This document shows positions 1 to 28,350 of a stretch of DNA of 64,000 bases, piece after piece. The stretch is taken from assembly GCF_009914755.1 (NCBI RefSeq), contig NC_060926.1; one strand, 5' to 3'. Numbering within the stretch: position 1 is the first letter of the stretch; the number at the start of each line of letters is the position of its first letter. Source of the stretch: the human T2T-CHM13v2.0 reference genome, Homo sapiens. The notes beneath the pieces are model-generated. The model had not been told where the DNA came from. It saw only the letters and a program-made list of their open reading frames with translations, and searched no databases. The translations under genes and the position numbers were made by a program.

Positions 1-229
1 AGCTCTAATGAGAAAAGGGAATTCTTTTTAAAGGGATAACATTTCACTTAATTCTAGTTAAAAGTTAGCGTTCCATATCATCAAATCAATTGCAAATGTT
101 CATCTGCTAATGCTGATTTATATGAAATTTTACGTATCATCTTCGAATTTGACTTTTCACCCAGACAAGAGATGCACATGGCATAACTTTGTCATTATGA
201 TTTGTAGTGCTGAGCAGCAGTGTGAAGCA

Positions 230-517
230 ATGAGAGGGCCATATGAGGTCTTTGCTGTGTGTACTTAATTCTGCCTTTTTTTTTAAGCACAAAAGCAGCC
301 ATAGACAACCTGTAAATGAATGATCATATTTGTGTTCCAATAAAACTTTACTTATGGACATTAAAGTTGGAATGTGATTTAATTTTTATGGATTACAAAA
401 TATTTTAATTTGTCCCCCAACCATTAAAAAATGTACAAGCCAGTTTTAGATTGCTAGCCATACAAAAAACAGGTGCAAGACAGATTTGGCCTGTAGGCTG
501 TAGTTTTCCCAACCCCA
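230..517. mobile_element. MER58B-like hAT-Charlie DNA transposon fossil
   Basis: gcagccatagacaa...gttccaataaaacttta...gatttggcctgtaggctgtagtttt..aacccc resembles MER58. Confidence 0.65.
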
Positions 518-698
518 GATATAAACCATAAAAATTCCCAAAATCTAATATAGATATTTTTGTATTTTTAAGCATTTTATGATTTCAGAAAATTAGTAAC
601 TTGTTTTAAAAGTGTTTCTATTGTTTTAATACCTTTTCTCGAACAGTATACTCCATGTAAAAATTCAAACATTATAGAAATGCCTAAATTAGTAATTA

Positions 699-1060
<362 letters not shown>

Positions 1061-1550
1061 ACTTTTATGCACATCTAATTACTTTTTAAAACAAAATATG
1101 AGATCATGCCTTTTATAAACATGTGAGGACTTGCCTTTTTTCACTGACTTTATCATGAATGAGTCTTTAGATCAGGACGTGTGTATCTATGTGCTTAATT
1201 CTTTGAATGGCCTATCATTACATTATGTGACTCTGCCGTAATGTGTCCAATCATCTTCTCATTTTGGACATTTTGTTGTTTCTAGTTTTCTGCAATTCAT
1301 TGTTATGTGCTCTTTTTGTAAATAAACTTGAAAGTTGATCATTAATTTTGAAATAGTTTTTTTAATGCCACTTTGATTTGGGGGCTTAATCTTAAAGGAT
1401 GTGCACATTGAATATAGTTTTAATGTGGTCCATTTATTTAGGAGAACACATTTTCCTTTTTTACTGGCAACTATGGGGTAAGGGTAGTTAGAATTATTCT
1501 CACAGAAAATTATACATAGATTTATTTTCCAATTATTAAATCATGTATGA

Positions 1551-1994
<444 letters not shown>

Positions 1995-2692
1995 TAATAA
2001 GTAATATGCTTTATTGCCACCATATTATTTTACTATTTTAATTTACATTGGATGTCTTATAACTATTATATTGGCAAATACCCACTTTGTTTGCTCAGAA
2101 ATGAAACCTACCCCTGTTACAAAGCTGGTGGTTGGTTCTTGGCACTTGATTTGGTTTATGCATGCCCTAGGATACTCTCAAAGGCAAGGGATCAATTAGC
2201 AAGGTGTTAATTTGTCTTAATCTTTTGGGCTGGTACTAAGTTATTGTGAAGCAGATGTGTTATTACTCCATCCTCTGTGAAGATTGAGGAATAAGATGAT
2301 CACTAAGTGCCAGTATTACTTTTAGATGTCATTATCAAATAACATTGTCACTAATTTTTTAGTGACAATATTTAGTGAAAGATTGTCACTGATTTATTTT
2401 ATATTTTCCCATGATAATTACCTTCCTGTCTTATTTTCATTATGTCCTCCCATTTCCCTGAAATGTATCGAACAAGGGTTTAATTTATAAACAAGAAGGA
2501 GATCCAAATAAGAATTTGTTGGATATGAGAGATACATTGATTCTATGGAAAATTCCTGGGCCCAATCCCTGGAGATTTAGATTTGCTAGGCCTAGGGTGG
2601 GTCAACTGTTTTCACTCAGTATAGTTCTCTGGAGAGTCATGAAAGTTATTGCGTGTATGAGTAGCTTGTTCCTTTTTGTTTCTGTTTATATA

Positions 2693-3229
2693 CAGTAATC
2701 CTTATCCTTTTTTTTTTTATGGTTTCAGTTACTTCTAGTCAACCTTGGTCTGAAAAGATTAAGTGGAAAATTTCAAGAAATAAACAATTTATATGTTATA
2801 AATTGCGCCATTCTGAGTAGGGTGACGAAATGTCTTGCTATCTCGCATCCCCCACCAGGAACGTGAATCATTCCTTTGTCCAACGTATGCACGTTGTCTA
2901 TGCTCCCTACCTGCTAGTCACTTTGGAGCCCTCTCAATCGTTGGATTGACTGTCATGGTTTTGCAGTGCTGATGTTCGAGGAATTTTTGTTTTACTTAAT
3001 GGCCTCAAAGCCCAAGAGCAGTGATGCTGGCTTGTTGTTATACTTGTTCTATTTTATTATTAGTTATTGTTGTTAATCTCATGCTGTGCCTAACTTACAA
3101 GTTAAACTTTATCATAGATATGTATATATAGGAAAAAACAGTGTATATAGAATTGAGTACAATGTGCCATTTCAGGCATCTTTACTGGGGGTCTTGGAAG
3201 TATCCCCTGTGGTTAAAGGGGATTACCAT
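2693..3229. mobile_element. MER44 (TcMar-Tigger) DNA transposon, ending about 100 nt upstream of the first exon acceptor
   Basis: tacagtaatcccttatcc...ggtttcagttac...gtgaatcattcctttgtcca...ggggtcttggaa..atcccctgtgg resembles MER44B. Confidence 0.8.
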
Positions 3230-3326
3230 AGTTAAGTTGGAGAACTTTCTACATAGTTTAAAACTTAGTTTCTGCTTTGTTTCTTTCCTAATTTTATTAA
3301 AACAAGCATTTTTGTCTTAAATCTAG

Positions 3327-3478
3327 GTGACAAAACACGACAGCCTTCTTCAAGCCCCTCCAGTATTATCCGACGCACTTCCTCCCTGGATACTCTTGCT
3401 GCACCGTATCTTGCTGGACACTGGCCTCGGGATAGCCATGGGCAAGCTGCACCTTGCATGAGGGACAAAGCTACACAG
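3327..3478 (+). CDS. FAM117B: FAM117B internal coding exon (likely exon 2), 152 nt, phase 1 in / phase 0 out
   Basis: Acceptor atctag|GT at 3326/3327, donor CAG|gtaagc at 3478/3479. Reads xDKTRQPSSSPSSIIRRTSSLDTLAAPYLAGHWPRDSHGQAAPCMRDKATQ, recognised as FAM117/GLCCI1-family sequence, and joins in frame to the next exon. Confidence 0.95.
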
Positions 3479-3574
3479 GTAAGCTTATTATAGTTCTTAT
3501 CCTGAAGTGTTTTTCTCTGAAGCTACTTCTTCTAATATTATTTGTTCTGCTTTGAGTAGAACAAACATTTAGTG

Positions 3575-3730
3575 TATATTAGAATTAACTTGAGAAACTT
3601 ACCAAAAAGAGCAGATTCCAAGCCTGACCTCCAGGTATTCTGTAGTCGGTTTTGGTTGGGGCCTGGGAATGTGCATTTTAAATAGCTATCAAAGTAATTC
3701 TGATACATACAGATAATTTATGGACATACT
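3575..3730. mobile_element. MER5-like hAT fragment
   Basis: gcagattcc...ggggcctgggaatgtgcattttaaa...aattctgat motif. Confidence 0.55.
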
Positions 3731-3767
3731 TTTTTTTCCCACTTATTCTTTATAAGTTAGTTTACAA

Positions 3768-3980
3768 CAGGGGTGTCCAATCTTTTGTCTTCCCTGGGCC
3801 ACATTGGAAGACGAAGAATTGTATTGGGCCACGCATAAAATACACTAACACTAATGAGCTTAAAAAAAATTGCAAAAAATTCATAATGTTTTAAGAAAGT
3901 TTACGAATTTATGTCGGGCTGCATTCAAAACCATCCTGGTCCTCATGAGGCCCATGGGCCGCAGGTTTTGGACAAGCTTG
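3768..3980 (+). mobile_element. MER30 (hAT-Charlie), complete
   Basis: caggggtgtccaa...ttggacaagcttg termini; perfect 8-bp TSD gtttacaa at 3760-3767 and 3981-3988. Confidence 0.92.
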
Positions 3981-4228
3981 GTTTACAATATCATAATATA
4001 TTTAATATATGGAATTTGGTCTTAAAAATTTGTAACAGCAAAGATTAGTGACCATCTAACTTTACGTTTTTGTGCCAAAAAAACCTTCATGTTTCGGGAG
4101 ATGGGGACTGTATTACTTTGCTGATCCTAAAAATGTAAATATTCTGACAAAGGGACTCTGGAAGCAAAGTTTTATACTTCTGGGTTTGTAAAATTGTTTA
4201 ATAGAAAGGGATCTCAAGAAATCATTCA

Positions 4229-4546
<318 letters not shown>

Positions 4547-4555
4547 TCAGGTCTA

Positions 4556-4830
4556 CCCCTTAGTTTTACAGATGAAGAAGTTGAGGTCTAAGATCATACA
4601 GCCAGTTGAAGACTGCATCTTAGTTTGGTGTAGTTTCTTACTTACCACAATTATAACTAGTTAAATATTTGTGTAGTTATTTATTTATGGCTTCTAACAT
4701 TCACTAGATAGTAAGACCCATGAAGATAGGAATTGTGTCTGGCTTGTCTATTGCTGTATTTCCATGCCCAGGACTTAATACTAAATGCAGAATAAATGGC
4801 CCAAGGAATATTTGCAAAGGAATGAATGAG
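4556..4830. mobile_element. MIR fragment followed by L2 3' end
   Basis: ttttacagatgaagaagttgagg (MIR core); cactagatagtaag...aatatttg..gaatgaatga (L2 tail). Confidence 0.6.
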
Positions 4831-4909
4831 CAAAACAGTTACAGCTTTATTGCTAGTGAAGAATGAAAAACATTTAAAGATTTAAAAGATTTTTTATACT
4901 GATTGTTGA

Positions 4910-5610
<701 letters not shown>

Positions 5611-5851
5611 CTGAGAGAATGTTTATTAAAGAACCGAGTAAACACTTTTCTGTGATGGTTTTGGATTTGTATATTGATTTCCAAAATTCCAGGTATTCTT
5701 AGTGGGCTCAGTTTATTTTCTGTTCTGATAATCTTGAAACGGAATCCTACTGTTAGGGCAGACAATTGGGATTTGGATTACCTTGGTGTTTATACTTTAG
5801 TGCAAACTACAGAAATGAAAATGTAGACTCTGTACTCATCAAAAGTAATGA

Positions 5852-6199
<348 letters not shown>

Positions 6200-6589
6200 T
6201 GAAACTCTGTAGTTATTCACAATCTGTAACTTTGCTGAGCTTAGGGCATGTAGTTTGGAAAATGAATACGGTGTCCACTTGCTTTCTGCTTAATCCACAT
6301 GTCACATTTAAATTTGTAGAAGTTTATTTCCTTGAGCATTTCTACAGCACCCTTTATTTCCACTGCAGTTTTAGGTTCAATGGGTTCAGACATTTTGTCA
6401 TATTAGTAAGAGTATGCTATCATACAAGCCATTGGGAGCCTCTTGATCTGTGGATGCAGTTCAGTAAGTCTTTTCAGCAAATTGCTGTGACCTAACAATT
6501 GAATTAAAATATAAACCCTATATTCCTTGCCTTTTTCTAAATATCCCCCAAATTGAGAATGTTAAGGGTACAAATAAAAAGAAAATTTA

Positions 6590-6941
<352 letters not shown>

Positions 6942-8131
6942 TTAATCTTATTTGTAAAGCTCGTGTAGAATCTCCTAAAGGATAACTGGGTACTCCATCC
7001 TTTCAGTTACATGGTGGGCTCTCATCTTTGGCAAGTGAATTTAGCAGTAACACAATTAATCAAAAACTCTCAAATACCTTATTTGCAGATATTGGGTTTC
7101 CCTAAGTGTATGCTAGTTAAATCAACTTTTAAACATTGTGGTAAAATATATATAACAAGGTTTGCTGGTTTGACCATTTAAAAATACATGCCTATGTCAT
7201 TTTATTGAACTTTATTGGGCTTCGCAGATATTGTGTTTTTTTACAAATTGAAGGTTTGTGGCAACTCTGCCCTGAGCAAGTCTGTAGGTGCCATTTTCCA
7301 AAAATGTGCTCACTTTGTGTCTCTGCCCCATTTTGGTAGTTCTTGCAATATTTCAGCCATTTGCATTATTATTGTATCTGTTATGGTGATCTGTGCTCAG
7401 TGATCTTTGATGTTACTGTTAATTGTTTTGAGGTGCCATGAACCATGCCTATATAAGACGGGGAACTTAATTGATGAATGTTGTGTGTATTCTGACTGCT
7501 GTTCTGCTGAGTCTCTCCCTCTCATTGGGCCTCTTTGTTTTCTCAGACACAACAGTATTGAAATTAGACAAATTAATAACTTTACAATGCCCTCTAAGGG
7601 TCAAGTGAGGTGAAGAGTTACATGTCTCTCTATTTCAATCAAAAGCTAGACATGATTGAGCTTAGAAAGCAAGGCACGTCAAAAGCTGAGATAGGCCAAA
7701 AGCTAGGCCTCTTGTACCAAACAGCTAGCCAAGTTGTGAATGCAAAGGAAAAGTTTTTGAAGGAAATTAAAAATACTACTTGAATGAGCATTATGAATGA
7801 TAAGAAAGTGAAACAGCTTTATTGGCAATATGGAAAAAGTTTTAGTGATCTAGATAGAAGATCAAACCAGCCACAACATTTCATTAAGCCAAAGCCTAAT
7901 CTAGAGTAAGACCTTAATTCTCTTCAGTTCTTATGAAGGCTAAGATAGGCGAGGACGCTACAGAAGAAAAGTTTGAAGCTAACAGGTTGGTTCATGAGGT
8001 TTAATGAAAGAAGCCATCTGCATAACATAAAAGTGAAAGGTGAAGCAGCAAGTACTGATATAGAAACTGTAGTAAGTTATCCAGAAGATCTAGCTAAGAT
8101 TACTGTTGAAGATGGCTACACTAAACAAGAA

Positions 8132-8445
8132 TTTTTTTTTTTTTTTTTTTGAGATGGAGTCTTGCTCTGTCACCTAGGCTGGAGTGCAGTAATGCAGTCA
8201 TAGCTCGGTACAACCTTAAACTCCTGGGCCCTGGGCTCAATCAGTCCTCTTGCCTCAGGTTCCCAAGTAGCTGGGACTGTAGGCACACACTGACATGCTT
8301 GTATTTTTTCTTTTTTAAATGTTTTTGTAGAGACAGGATCTTGCTATGTTGACCAGGCTGGTCTTGAACTCCTGGCCTCAAGCTGTCCTCTCACCTTGGC
8401 CTCCCAAAGTGTTGGGATCACAGGTGTGAGCCACTGCACCCAGCT
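8132..8445 (-). mobile_element. Alu (AluJ-like) inside Tigger1
   Basis: Reverse Alu dimer. Confidence 0.93.
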
Positions 8446-9556
8446 AGATTTTTAATGACAAAACAGCCTTATCTTGTAAGAAGATGCCGTCTAGGACTTT
8501 CATAGCTAGAGAGAAGTCAATGCCTGACTTTAAGGAACAGGCCAACTCTCTTGTTAGGGGCAAATGCAGCTGGTGACTTTAAGTTGAAGCCAGTACTCAT
8601 TTACCATTCTGAAAATCCTAAGACCCTTAAGAATTATGCTAAATCTACTCTGCTTTTGCTTGATTCATGGAACGACAAAGCCTGGATGCCAGCACGTCTT
8701 TTTATAGCATGATTTACTGAATATTTTAAGCCCACCATTGAGACCTACTGTTCAGAACAAAAGATTACTTTCAGAATGTTACTGCTCATTGGCAATGCAA
8801 CTGGTCACCCAAGAGCTGTGATGCAGATACACACAGAGAGGAATGTTGCTTTCATGCCTGCTAACACAACATCCATTTTGCAGCCCATGGTTCCAAGAAA
8901 TAATTTTGACTTTCCAGTCTTATTATTAAGAAAATACATTTAATGAGGCCATAACTGCCATAGATAGTGATTCCTCTGATGGATCTGGGCAAAGTAAATG
9001 GAAAAGCTTTTGGAAAAGATTCACCATTCTAGGTGCCATTAAGAACATTTGTGATTTGTAGGATTAGGTCAAATATCAACATTATCAGGAGTTTGGAAGA
9101 AGGTGATTCCAAGCCTCATGGATGACTTTGAGGGTTTCAAGACTTCAGTGGAAGAGGTCATTGCAGATGTGGTGGAAATAGCAAGATAACTAGAATTAGA
9201 AGTAGAACCTGAAGATGTGATTGAATTGCTGCAATCTCATGATAAAACTTAAGCATGACAAATTGCTTCTTATGGATGAGCAAATAAAGTGGTTTCTTGA
9301 GATAGAATCTACTCCTGGTGAAGATGTGGTGAATATTGTTGAAATGAAAACAAAGGATTAAGAATATTACATAAACTAACTTAGTTGTTAAAGCAGTAGC
9401 AGGTTTTGAGAGGGTTGTCACCAATTTTGAGAGAAATTGTACTATGGGCAATATGCTACCCACGCAGCATTGTGTGCTACAGAAAAATCTTTTGTGAAAG
9501 GACCTGAGTCCGTTGATGCAGCAAACTTCATTGTCATCTTATTTTAAGAAATTGCT

Positions 9557-9914
<358 letters not shown>

Positions 9915-10006
9915 TCACCCTGATCAGTCAGCAGCCGTTAACATCAAGTCAAGACCCTCCACTGTCAAAAAGATTGTGACTTATTGAAGGCTCAGATGAT
10001 CATTAG

Positions 10007-10297
<291 letters not shown>

Positions 10298-10829
10298 CAC
10301 ATTTTTTAAATCAATATTTTAAAATTAAGATAGGTATGTTTGTTAAGACATAATGTTATTGCACACTTAATACACTATAGTATAGTGCAAACATAACTTC
10401 TATATGCACTGGGAAACCAAAGAAATTCATGTGACTTGCTTTATTGTGTTACTCCCTTTATTGCAGTGGTCTGGAACTGAACTCCCAATATCTCTTGAGT
10501 TATAACTGTATATAATTTAGTGGCATTAATTACATTCACAATGTTGTGCAACCATTGCTAACTATTTCCAAAACTTTTTCATCACTCCAAAAAGAAACCC
10601 TGTAACTCCCCATCCTCCTTTTTTCCTCACTATTAATACCACTGGCAGTTAATACTTAACCACTATCTCACTTTCTGTTTCCATGAATTTGCCCATTTCA
10701 TGTAAGTGGAATCATACAGTTTGTTTTCCTGCATCTGACTCATTTCACTTAGCATAATGTTTTTGAGGTTCATTCATGTTGTATCATGTATTGAACTTAA
10801 TTCCATCCTTACTTCCTCCTACCTCCTTC

Positions 10830-11100
10830 CCTGTGTTGCCTAGGCTGGAGTATAGTGGGATGATCACAGGTCATTACAGCCTCGACCTCCTGGGTTCAAG
10901 GGATGCCTCCCCTGCCCAGCCTCCTGATTAGCTAGGACTATGGGCTTGCACCACTATGCCCAGCTAGTTTTTTGAGTTTTTAGTAGAGACAGGATCTTTC
11001 TATGTTGCCCGGGCTGGTCTAGAAGTCCTGGCCCCAAGAGATGTCCACTCTGGCCTCCCAAAGTGCTGGGATTACAGGCAAGAGCCATCACACCTGGCCT
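10830..11100 (-). mobile_element. Alu (AluJ-like)
   Basis: Reverse Alu body. Confidence 0.88.
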
Positions 11101-11559
11101 TAATCTCTCTTAATGGGTGAATAATATTCCATTTATCAATATACCACATTTTGTTTACCTGTTAATCTGTAGATGGATATTTGGGGTGTTTCTACCTTTT
11201 GACTGTTCTGAACAATGCTGCAGTGTACATGCAAGTATCTGTGTGAATCCCTGCTTTCAGTTCCTTTCGATATATACCTGAGAGTGGAATTGCTGGGTCA
11301 TATGATAATTCGATGTTTAGTTTTTAGAGGAACTGCCAAACTTTTTCACAGCAGCTGTATCATTTTCTATCCCCATGTATGAAGGTATATAATTCCAGTT
11401 TCTCTATATATTTACTAACACTTGTTTGAAAAATTATAGTCGTCCTAGTAGGTATGTTGTGGTATGTAATTGTTAGGATTTGTTTCCCCATATAACTAAT
11501 GGTGCTGAGTATCTTTTCATGTGCTTACTGGCCATTTGCATATCTCCTTTAGAGTTCAG

Positions 11560-11720
11560 ACACTGTCTTAACATCTCTGTGCCTCTGTTTCCTTTTTGTA
11601 AAATGGGAGAACTATAGTACCAATTTTTTGAGGTTACTTTGAAGATTAAATAAAGAAAACATATAAAACTCTCGGAACAGTATCTGGCACCTAGTAAGCA
11701 TTCAATAAATGTTCTCTGTT
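11560..11720. mobile_element. MIR
   Basis: ctctgtgcctctgtttcc...gtaaaatggg...tggcacctagtaagcattcaataaatgtt. Confidence 0.8.
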
Positions 11721-12057
11721 AAATTAAAAATTAAAGTGATTACCTTTATTGTCAGATTTGAACAAGGATGGAATGTAGGTTTTATCCCCTAAGGAATTTG
11801 ATCTATTGCTATTGCCTTCCTGGAGCATCCTGTTGAGAAGATGCAGGATAAAGATTGCTGAGACTGATAAGTGATTTCTGCCTTTAGCAAGGGACCTGGG
11901 GCACTTTTAGCAGTTATTTGCCTGTCTAGACACTGCTGCAGCAAAGAGTATGTTGGAAATACTTTATCTTAGGTTGTAAGTGGGTGCTTTCAGAAAGCTG
12001 ATGTAGACTTTTGGCAAATTTTATCATGTCACTACTCTAAGCCCTGGTTTCTTGATT

Positions 12058-12349
<292 letters not shown>

Positions 12350-12470
12350 GATTTTGAAATAATTATGTATTACTCTCAGGCCTTTCCACCTCCTAGGGGA
12401 AGATTGGAAATGGGAGAAGGATTCTGGAAAATACAGAGAAAGAGAAATGCAGCATTTAAAAAGTTAAGAG

Positions 12471-12775
<305 letters not shown>

Positions 12776-13467
12776 TTAAGAACATGGAACAAGTTTTGAA
12801 AGATGTTAATCTCTCCTGTTGCATACCCCACCTCATCATTTGCTTTGGTCATGAGAATGAGTGAATGATTAAGGTTTTACTGTACATGATTATTTGTCAT
12901 CATAATTACTTGACACAAAGGTATTCTCTTTTTTTCCTGTCTGTTTGGCAGCCATTCTTTATTCTGTGTATGTTCAAATAGCCTGAGAGCCTTTTAGCTT
13001 AGTGCTCCAGCATGTCAGTGGGCCTAATTGCCTATAAGACTGATTTGCCATTTCTGCTTTAGAGTTTGTACAGAGCTACAATGTCACCAACCTCTGCCCC
13101 CACACTGCCTCCGTGTTCTTTTAAAGATTCTTGTCTGATCCTTTGCGAGTTTGCCTTCCAAAAACGTTAGACTAATTTATATTTCCAGCATTAGCTACCT
13201 ATGTGGCAAGTCTATTAATTTGGTTTAAACTACCTGATTTTCAGAGTGCCTTTTATATTTGCTGACTATACCAATTTAGGGAGAGAAACTGTAGTGTGTA
13301 TGTGTGCTTGCATTATTTGGGATTCCTTTGACTCAGAAGGTATTTTCTTTCCAACTTTCTTAACCTAGGCTTATTTACCTTATAGGTGATTTATCTGAGT
13401 ATTTAACTTTTTGTGACCCACGTGATTGATGTCTGGTTTTCTTTCCTATTTCCTTCTTATTTTTAAC

Positions 13468-13625
13468 ATTTTTTTAGAGACAACGTCTCACTGTGTTTCC
13501 CAGGCTAGAGTGTAGTGGCTATTCACAGGCATAATCACCGTGCACTATAGCCTCAAACTCCTTGGCTCAAGGGATCCTCCTGCCTCAGCCTCCTGAGTAG
13601 TTGGGACTACAGTCGCATGCCCCCA
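13468..13625 (-). mobile_element. Alu monomer (FAM/FRAM-like)
   Basis: Single reverse monomer with ggctattcacaggc. Confidence 0.75.
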
Positions 13626-14479
13626 CATGTCTTTCTCTTTCCTGTTTCTTTGGTTTGGTTTCTTTACGGCATAAACCAGTCATCTTTTGCTTTTAAAAGT
13701 CTTACATTATTTTTTCTTGGACCCTCTGTGTTTCTGAGGCTATTTTTTTAAAAACCCTCAAAGGTTGATTTTGATTAATATTTTATGAAAGTGTTTGTTT
13801 TTTCTAAAAGGACCTTGGCTTCAGAGTATTTTATGAAAGTATTTTATTTTTACAATTTATAGGTTGGCATTTGCTATTTATGGAAAAGTTCTGAGTTTTC
13901 CAGTTTATGGAAAAGATCTGAATTCAGAAACTTTGTAAGATGTCCTGTGATTAAAACAATAAAAGTTGAATATTTGTTAAACTAGAGGTATTTGTTGAAT
14001 TACTGAAGACAGCTGTTTATAAATCTACAAACTTGTTTACAGGTTGTTTTCTTTGAATTGAAAGAATAGTCTGTAATTTAGAGTAAAAATATCACTATTT
14101 TACATATTTGGTAGATCTAAGCATTACTAAAAAGTATATTTTAATGTTATGAAAATGAAGAAGTAAAATTACTTTTTGAGTAACAGCTGTTTTGAATAAA
14201 ACCTTGGTCTACTGGTTGAAATTAGAATGTAACAGGAGTGAGTAGAAAGTGTAACATTAGGAGTAAAAGAAATGTTAAAATCTTTTTTTGGGGGCCTAAA
14301 TTCAGTGACTTCAGTGTAAGTTCTGTTGTTGCCTGTCAGTAGCTTTGCCTTCCTTAGGGTAAGCCTAGGAGTCTGAGAATTTTAATTTCGAAATCTTTAC
14401 TACTTGGAGTTGTGTTCCTGTCCTTTCTTATTTCACATGTTAGATCAAATTTCTCTAGGCCAGTGACACCATACATTGT

Positions 14480-14797
14480 TTTTTGTTGTTGTTGTTTTTA
14501 TTTTTATTTTTTTAGGGTTTTGCTTGTCACCAGCTGGAGTGCAGTGCCATGATTGTGGCTCACTGCAGCCTTGACCTATCATGATTAAGCAATCCTCCCT
14601 CCTTGGCCTCCCAGGTAGCTAAGACTACAGGTGCATGCCACCACACCTGGCTAATTTTTAATTTTTTTTTTTTTTGTAGAGATGGGGGCCTTACTATGTT
14701 GCCCAGGCTGGTCTTGAACTCCTGGACTCAAGCCATCCTCCTCCCTCAGCCTCCCAAAGTGTTGGGATTACAGGTGTGGTCCACTGGGCCTGGCCCA
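14480..14797 (-). mobile_element. Alu (AluJ-like)
   Basis: Reverse dimer. Confidence 0.9.
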
Positions 14798-14866
14798 TTA
14801 AATAGGCTGGGCACATCTAGCAGATGAAGGGTTATATTTTGGAATCCTTTAAAACAAATAGTTTCA

Positions 14867-15186
<320 letters not shown>

Positions 15187-15217
15187 AAAACAAATAGTTT
15201 CATGATTGTGTAACTTA

Positions 15218-17850
<2,633 letters not shown>

Positions 17851-17851
17851 C

Positions 17852-25745
<7,894 letters not shown>

Positions 25746-26824
25746 GGTGCTTTCAGTTTTTCTTCATTGAATATGGTGTTAGCTGTGGGCTTCTCCTTTA
25801 TGAATTTTATTTTATTATGTTGAGATACTTTCTGTTATTCCTGGTTTGTTTTTATCATGAAAGAGTGAATTTTGTGAGTTTTTTCTGCATCTATTGAAAT
25901 GATCATATAATGCTGTTCTTTATTTTGTTAATGTGGCATATTATATCAGTTGATTTTTTTGTTTATTGAATCGTCTATGCATCCTAGGGATAAATGCCAC
26001 TTCGTTGTGGTATATGATTTTTTAAAAATTTTGTTGTTGGTTGGGTTTGCTAGTATTTTATTGAGGATCTTTGCATCTATATTTGTCAAGGAGTAACTAA
26101 TACATTTTTTAACCTCATTAAAAATAATTTTGAAGATGTACTCCAGGTCTCAGTAATGAACCTGGCCCTATGTGCTCCACTCACTGATGCTGCCCAGCGA
26201 TCTAGTTTGTTTGGAATGCTTTTCCCACCATTTGACTGGATGACTCATACTCTGGTAGTATCTCCTCATTCCATAAAACTGTGCCTACCGACCTCCCCTG
26301 TCCTTCAAATTCTGGATTAGATGCCTTAGGGGACTTCTATCATCACATATATCATAATTAGCTATCTATTCCTTCTCTCCTAGAAGAAGCTCTTCGAGAA
26401 TAAGAGCTGTATTTCCTCTTGACCTCCAATCGTTAATCTAGTGTCTGACACATTATTAGATACTTTAATATAAGCCTTCTAGTACATAAGACAAGACTGA
26501 ACAAAATGAAAACATTTAATTAAAACTCAATTTTACTTTTTATTAATACCTAAGTGTCCTACAATCAAAGCACAGCTTCTTAGTTGAACAAAGAAAGCAA
26601 TTGTCTTTTACATTAGGCATATAAGTAAAACTGATGTTTTTGCTAGGTATTTTTTCCTGCCCTGAATATCTTATCACTGAAGTGACCAAAGCTGTCTGTT
26701 GTTCTTTATGCTTATTTTTATTTGTCTTAGTAATTAATAGTGTTACTCTCATCATCTTTAATTTGTTCTTAATAAATCTATGGGAATCTTTTATATACCT
26801 TTGCTTTTCTTTGAATTAATCCTG

Positions 26825-28350
26825 ATTTTTAAAAACTTTTTATTTTGAGAAAAATCTTAAGTTTACAGAAAAGTTGCAAGGATATTAAGTACCAGTAAAC
26901 CTTTCACCTATATTTACCAAGTAACATTTGCCACATTTTGCTTTATTTTTGTGTCTGTATGTACAATTATGTTATAATTTGCTAATCGTTAGTAAGTTGC
27001 AGACATTCTAACTCTTCTTAACTATTTCAGCATGTATATGAACAGGGACTTTTAAAAATACCAATAAACTTATCAAATTCAGGAGATGTAAGATTGATAT
27101 AATACTGTTATTTAATATATGGTTTATATTCCAAATTTTTCAGTTGTTCAGAATTTGTTCTCTGTAGCAATTTCCCCTGTAAGCTAGGATCCAGTCAGGG
27201 AGCACACATGGCATTTACATGTCATTTCTCTTCAATATCCTTTAATCTAGAGAAGTTCCTCAGCCTGAGTTTTTGAGTCTTTCATGACATTAATGTTTTT
27301 TAAGAGTGTAGACCAGTATTTTTTTGAATGTTGTCAACTTGGGTTTATATATTCCTTTATGATAAGATTCAATTTGTTACATTTTTGTTAGGAATACTGT
27401 ATGTGATGTATGTTCCTTTCTGTGCCTGTGGATCAAGAGGTACATGAAGTCAGTGATGTTAAGTTTGATCCATCAGAACCCTTTGTAACTAATAGTAATT
27501 TGTGGAGAAATATTTGAGATTGTAAATATTCTGTTCTCCAAGAAACATTCATTGGTTTTAGCATTTGTTGATGATTATTACTTAAGTCAGTTATTACTAT
27601 AATAGTTCCAAAGTGATGACTTTGTAGCTCTGTCATTCTTCTGTATTGATTTGTTGGTCTAATACTTTCTAATGGAGGTATTTCTTTATGGAATTGTCCT
27701 AAATGGAGTTCATAAAATATCAGTGGAAATGACCTAAGATTTTTCTCCTTTTTATTATGGAAATGTTAAATATACAAAAAAAAAATCAGAATACTACAGC
27801 TGTGATTCAAGAGTTTTAAACATTAGTCATATTTGCTTTACCTGTCGTGTGTGTGTGTGTGTGTGTGTGTGTGCTGCAATTTTTGAAAGTATGTTGGAGA
27901 TATGACATTTTTATCCCTACATATTTTGATATGTATCTCCTAAGAATATTTTCTATATAGCTACAACAGCATTAGGTCACCTAAAAAAATTAACAATTCC
28001 ATAATATCACATAATAACCAGTTTATGTTAAAATTTCCCCAATATGTCTTTTTTTTTTTTAATGACCCAATTCAACATTTATACATTACACTTGGACCCA
28101 AAAGGACCCAGTTCCACATTCATACATTGCACTTGGCTTCTCTTAAGTCTTTCTTAATTTAGAACAGGTCATTCTCGCACTTTTTTCCTTAATTACATTA
28201 AGTTTTTAAATGAATTATTCACTTTGGAAAGAAAATAAACTGTTTGGTTTTGTAATTAGCAAGTAATTTGCGAGTTTTGGCACCGCACAAATATCCTGTT
28301 CTTTAGTAGCTTTTACCTAGTAGTTTTCACTTCCATTGATGATCCTTGCC
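26825..28350 (-). mobile_element. Ancient L1MC-like 3' fragments
   Basis: tttttattttgaga...tttacagaaaagttgcaag and related L1MC tail motifs. Confidence 0.55.
27848..27873. repeat. (TG)n microsatellite, about 13 units
   Basis: Direct reading. Confidence 0.95.

Noticed and set aside
7588-9500. Possible domesticated Tigger transposase (TIGD1-like)
   Set aside because: Many stops and frameshifts plus an Alu insertion; no long ORF.
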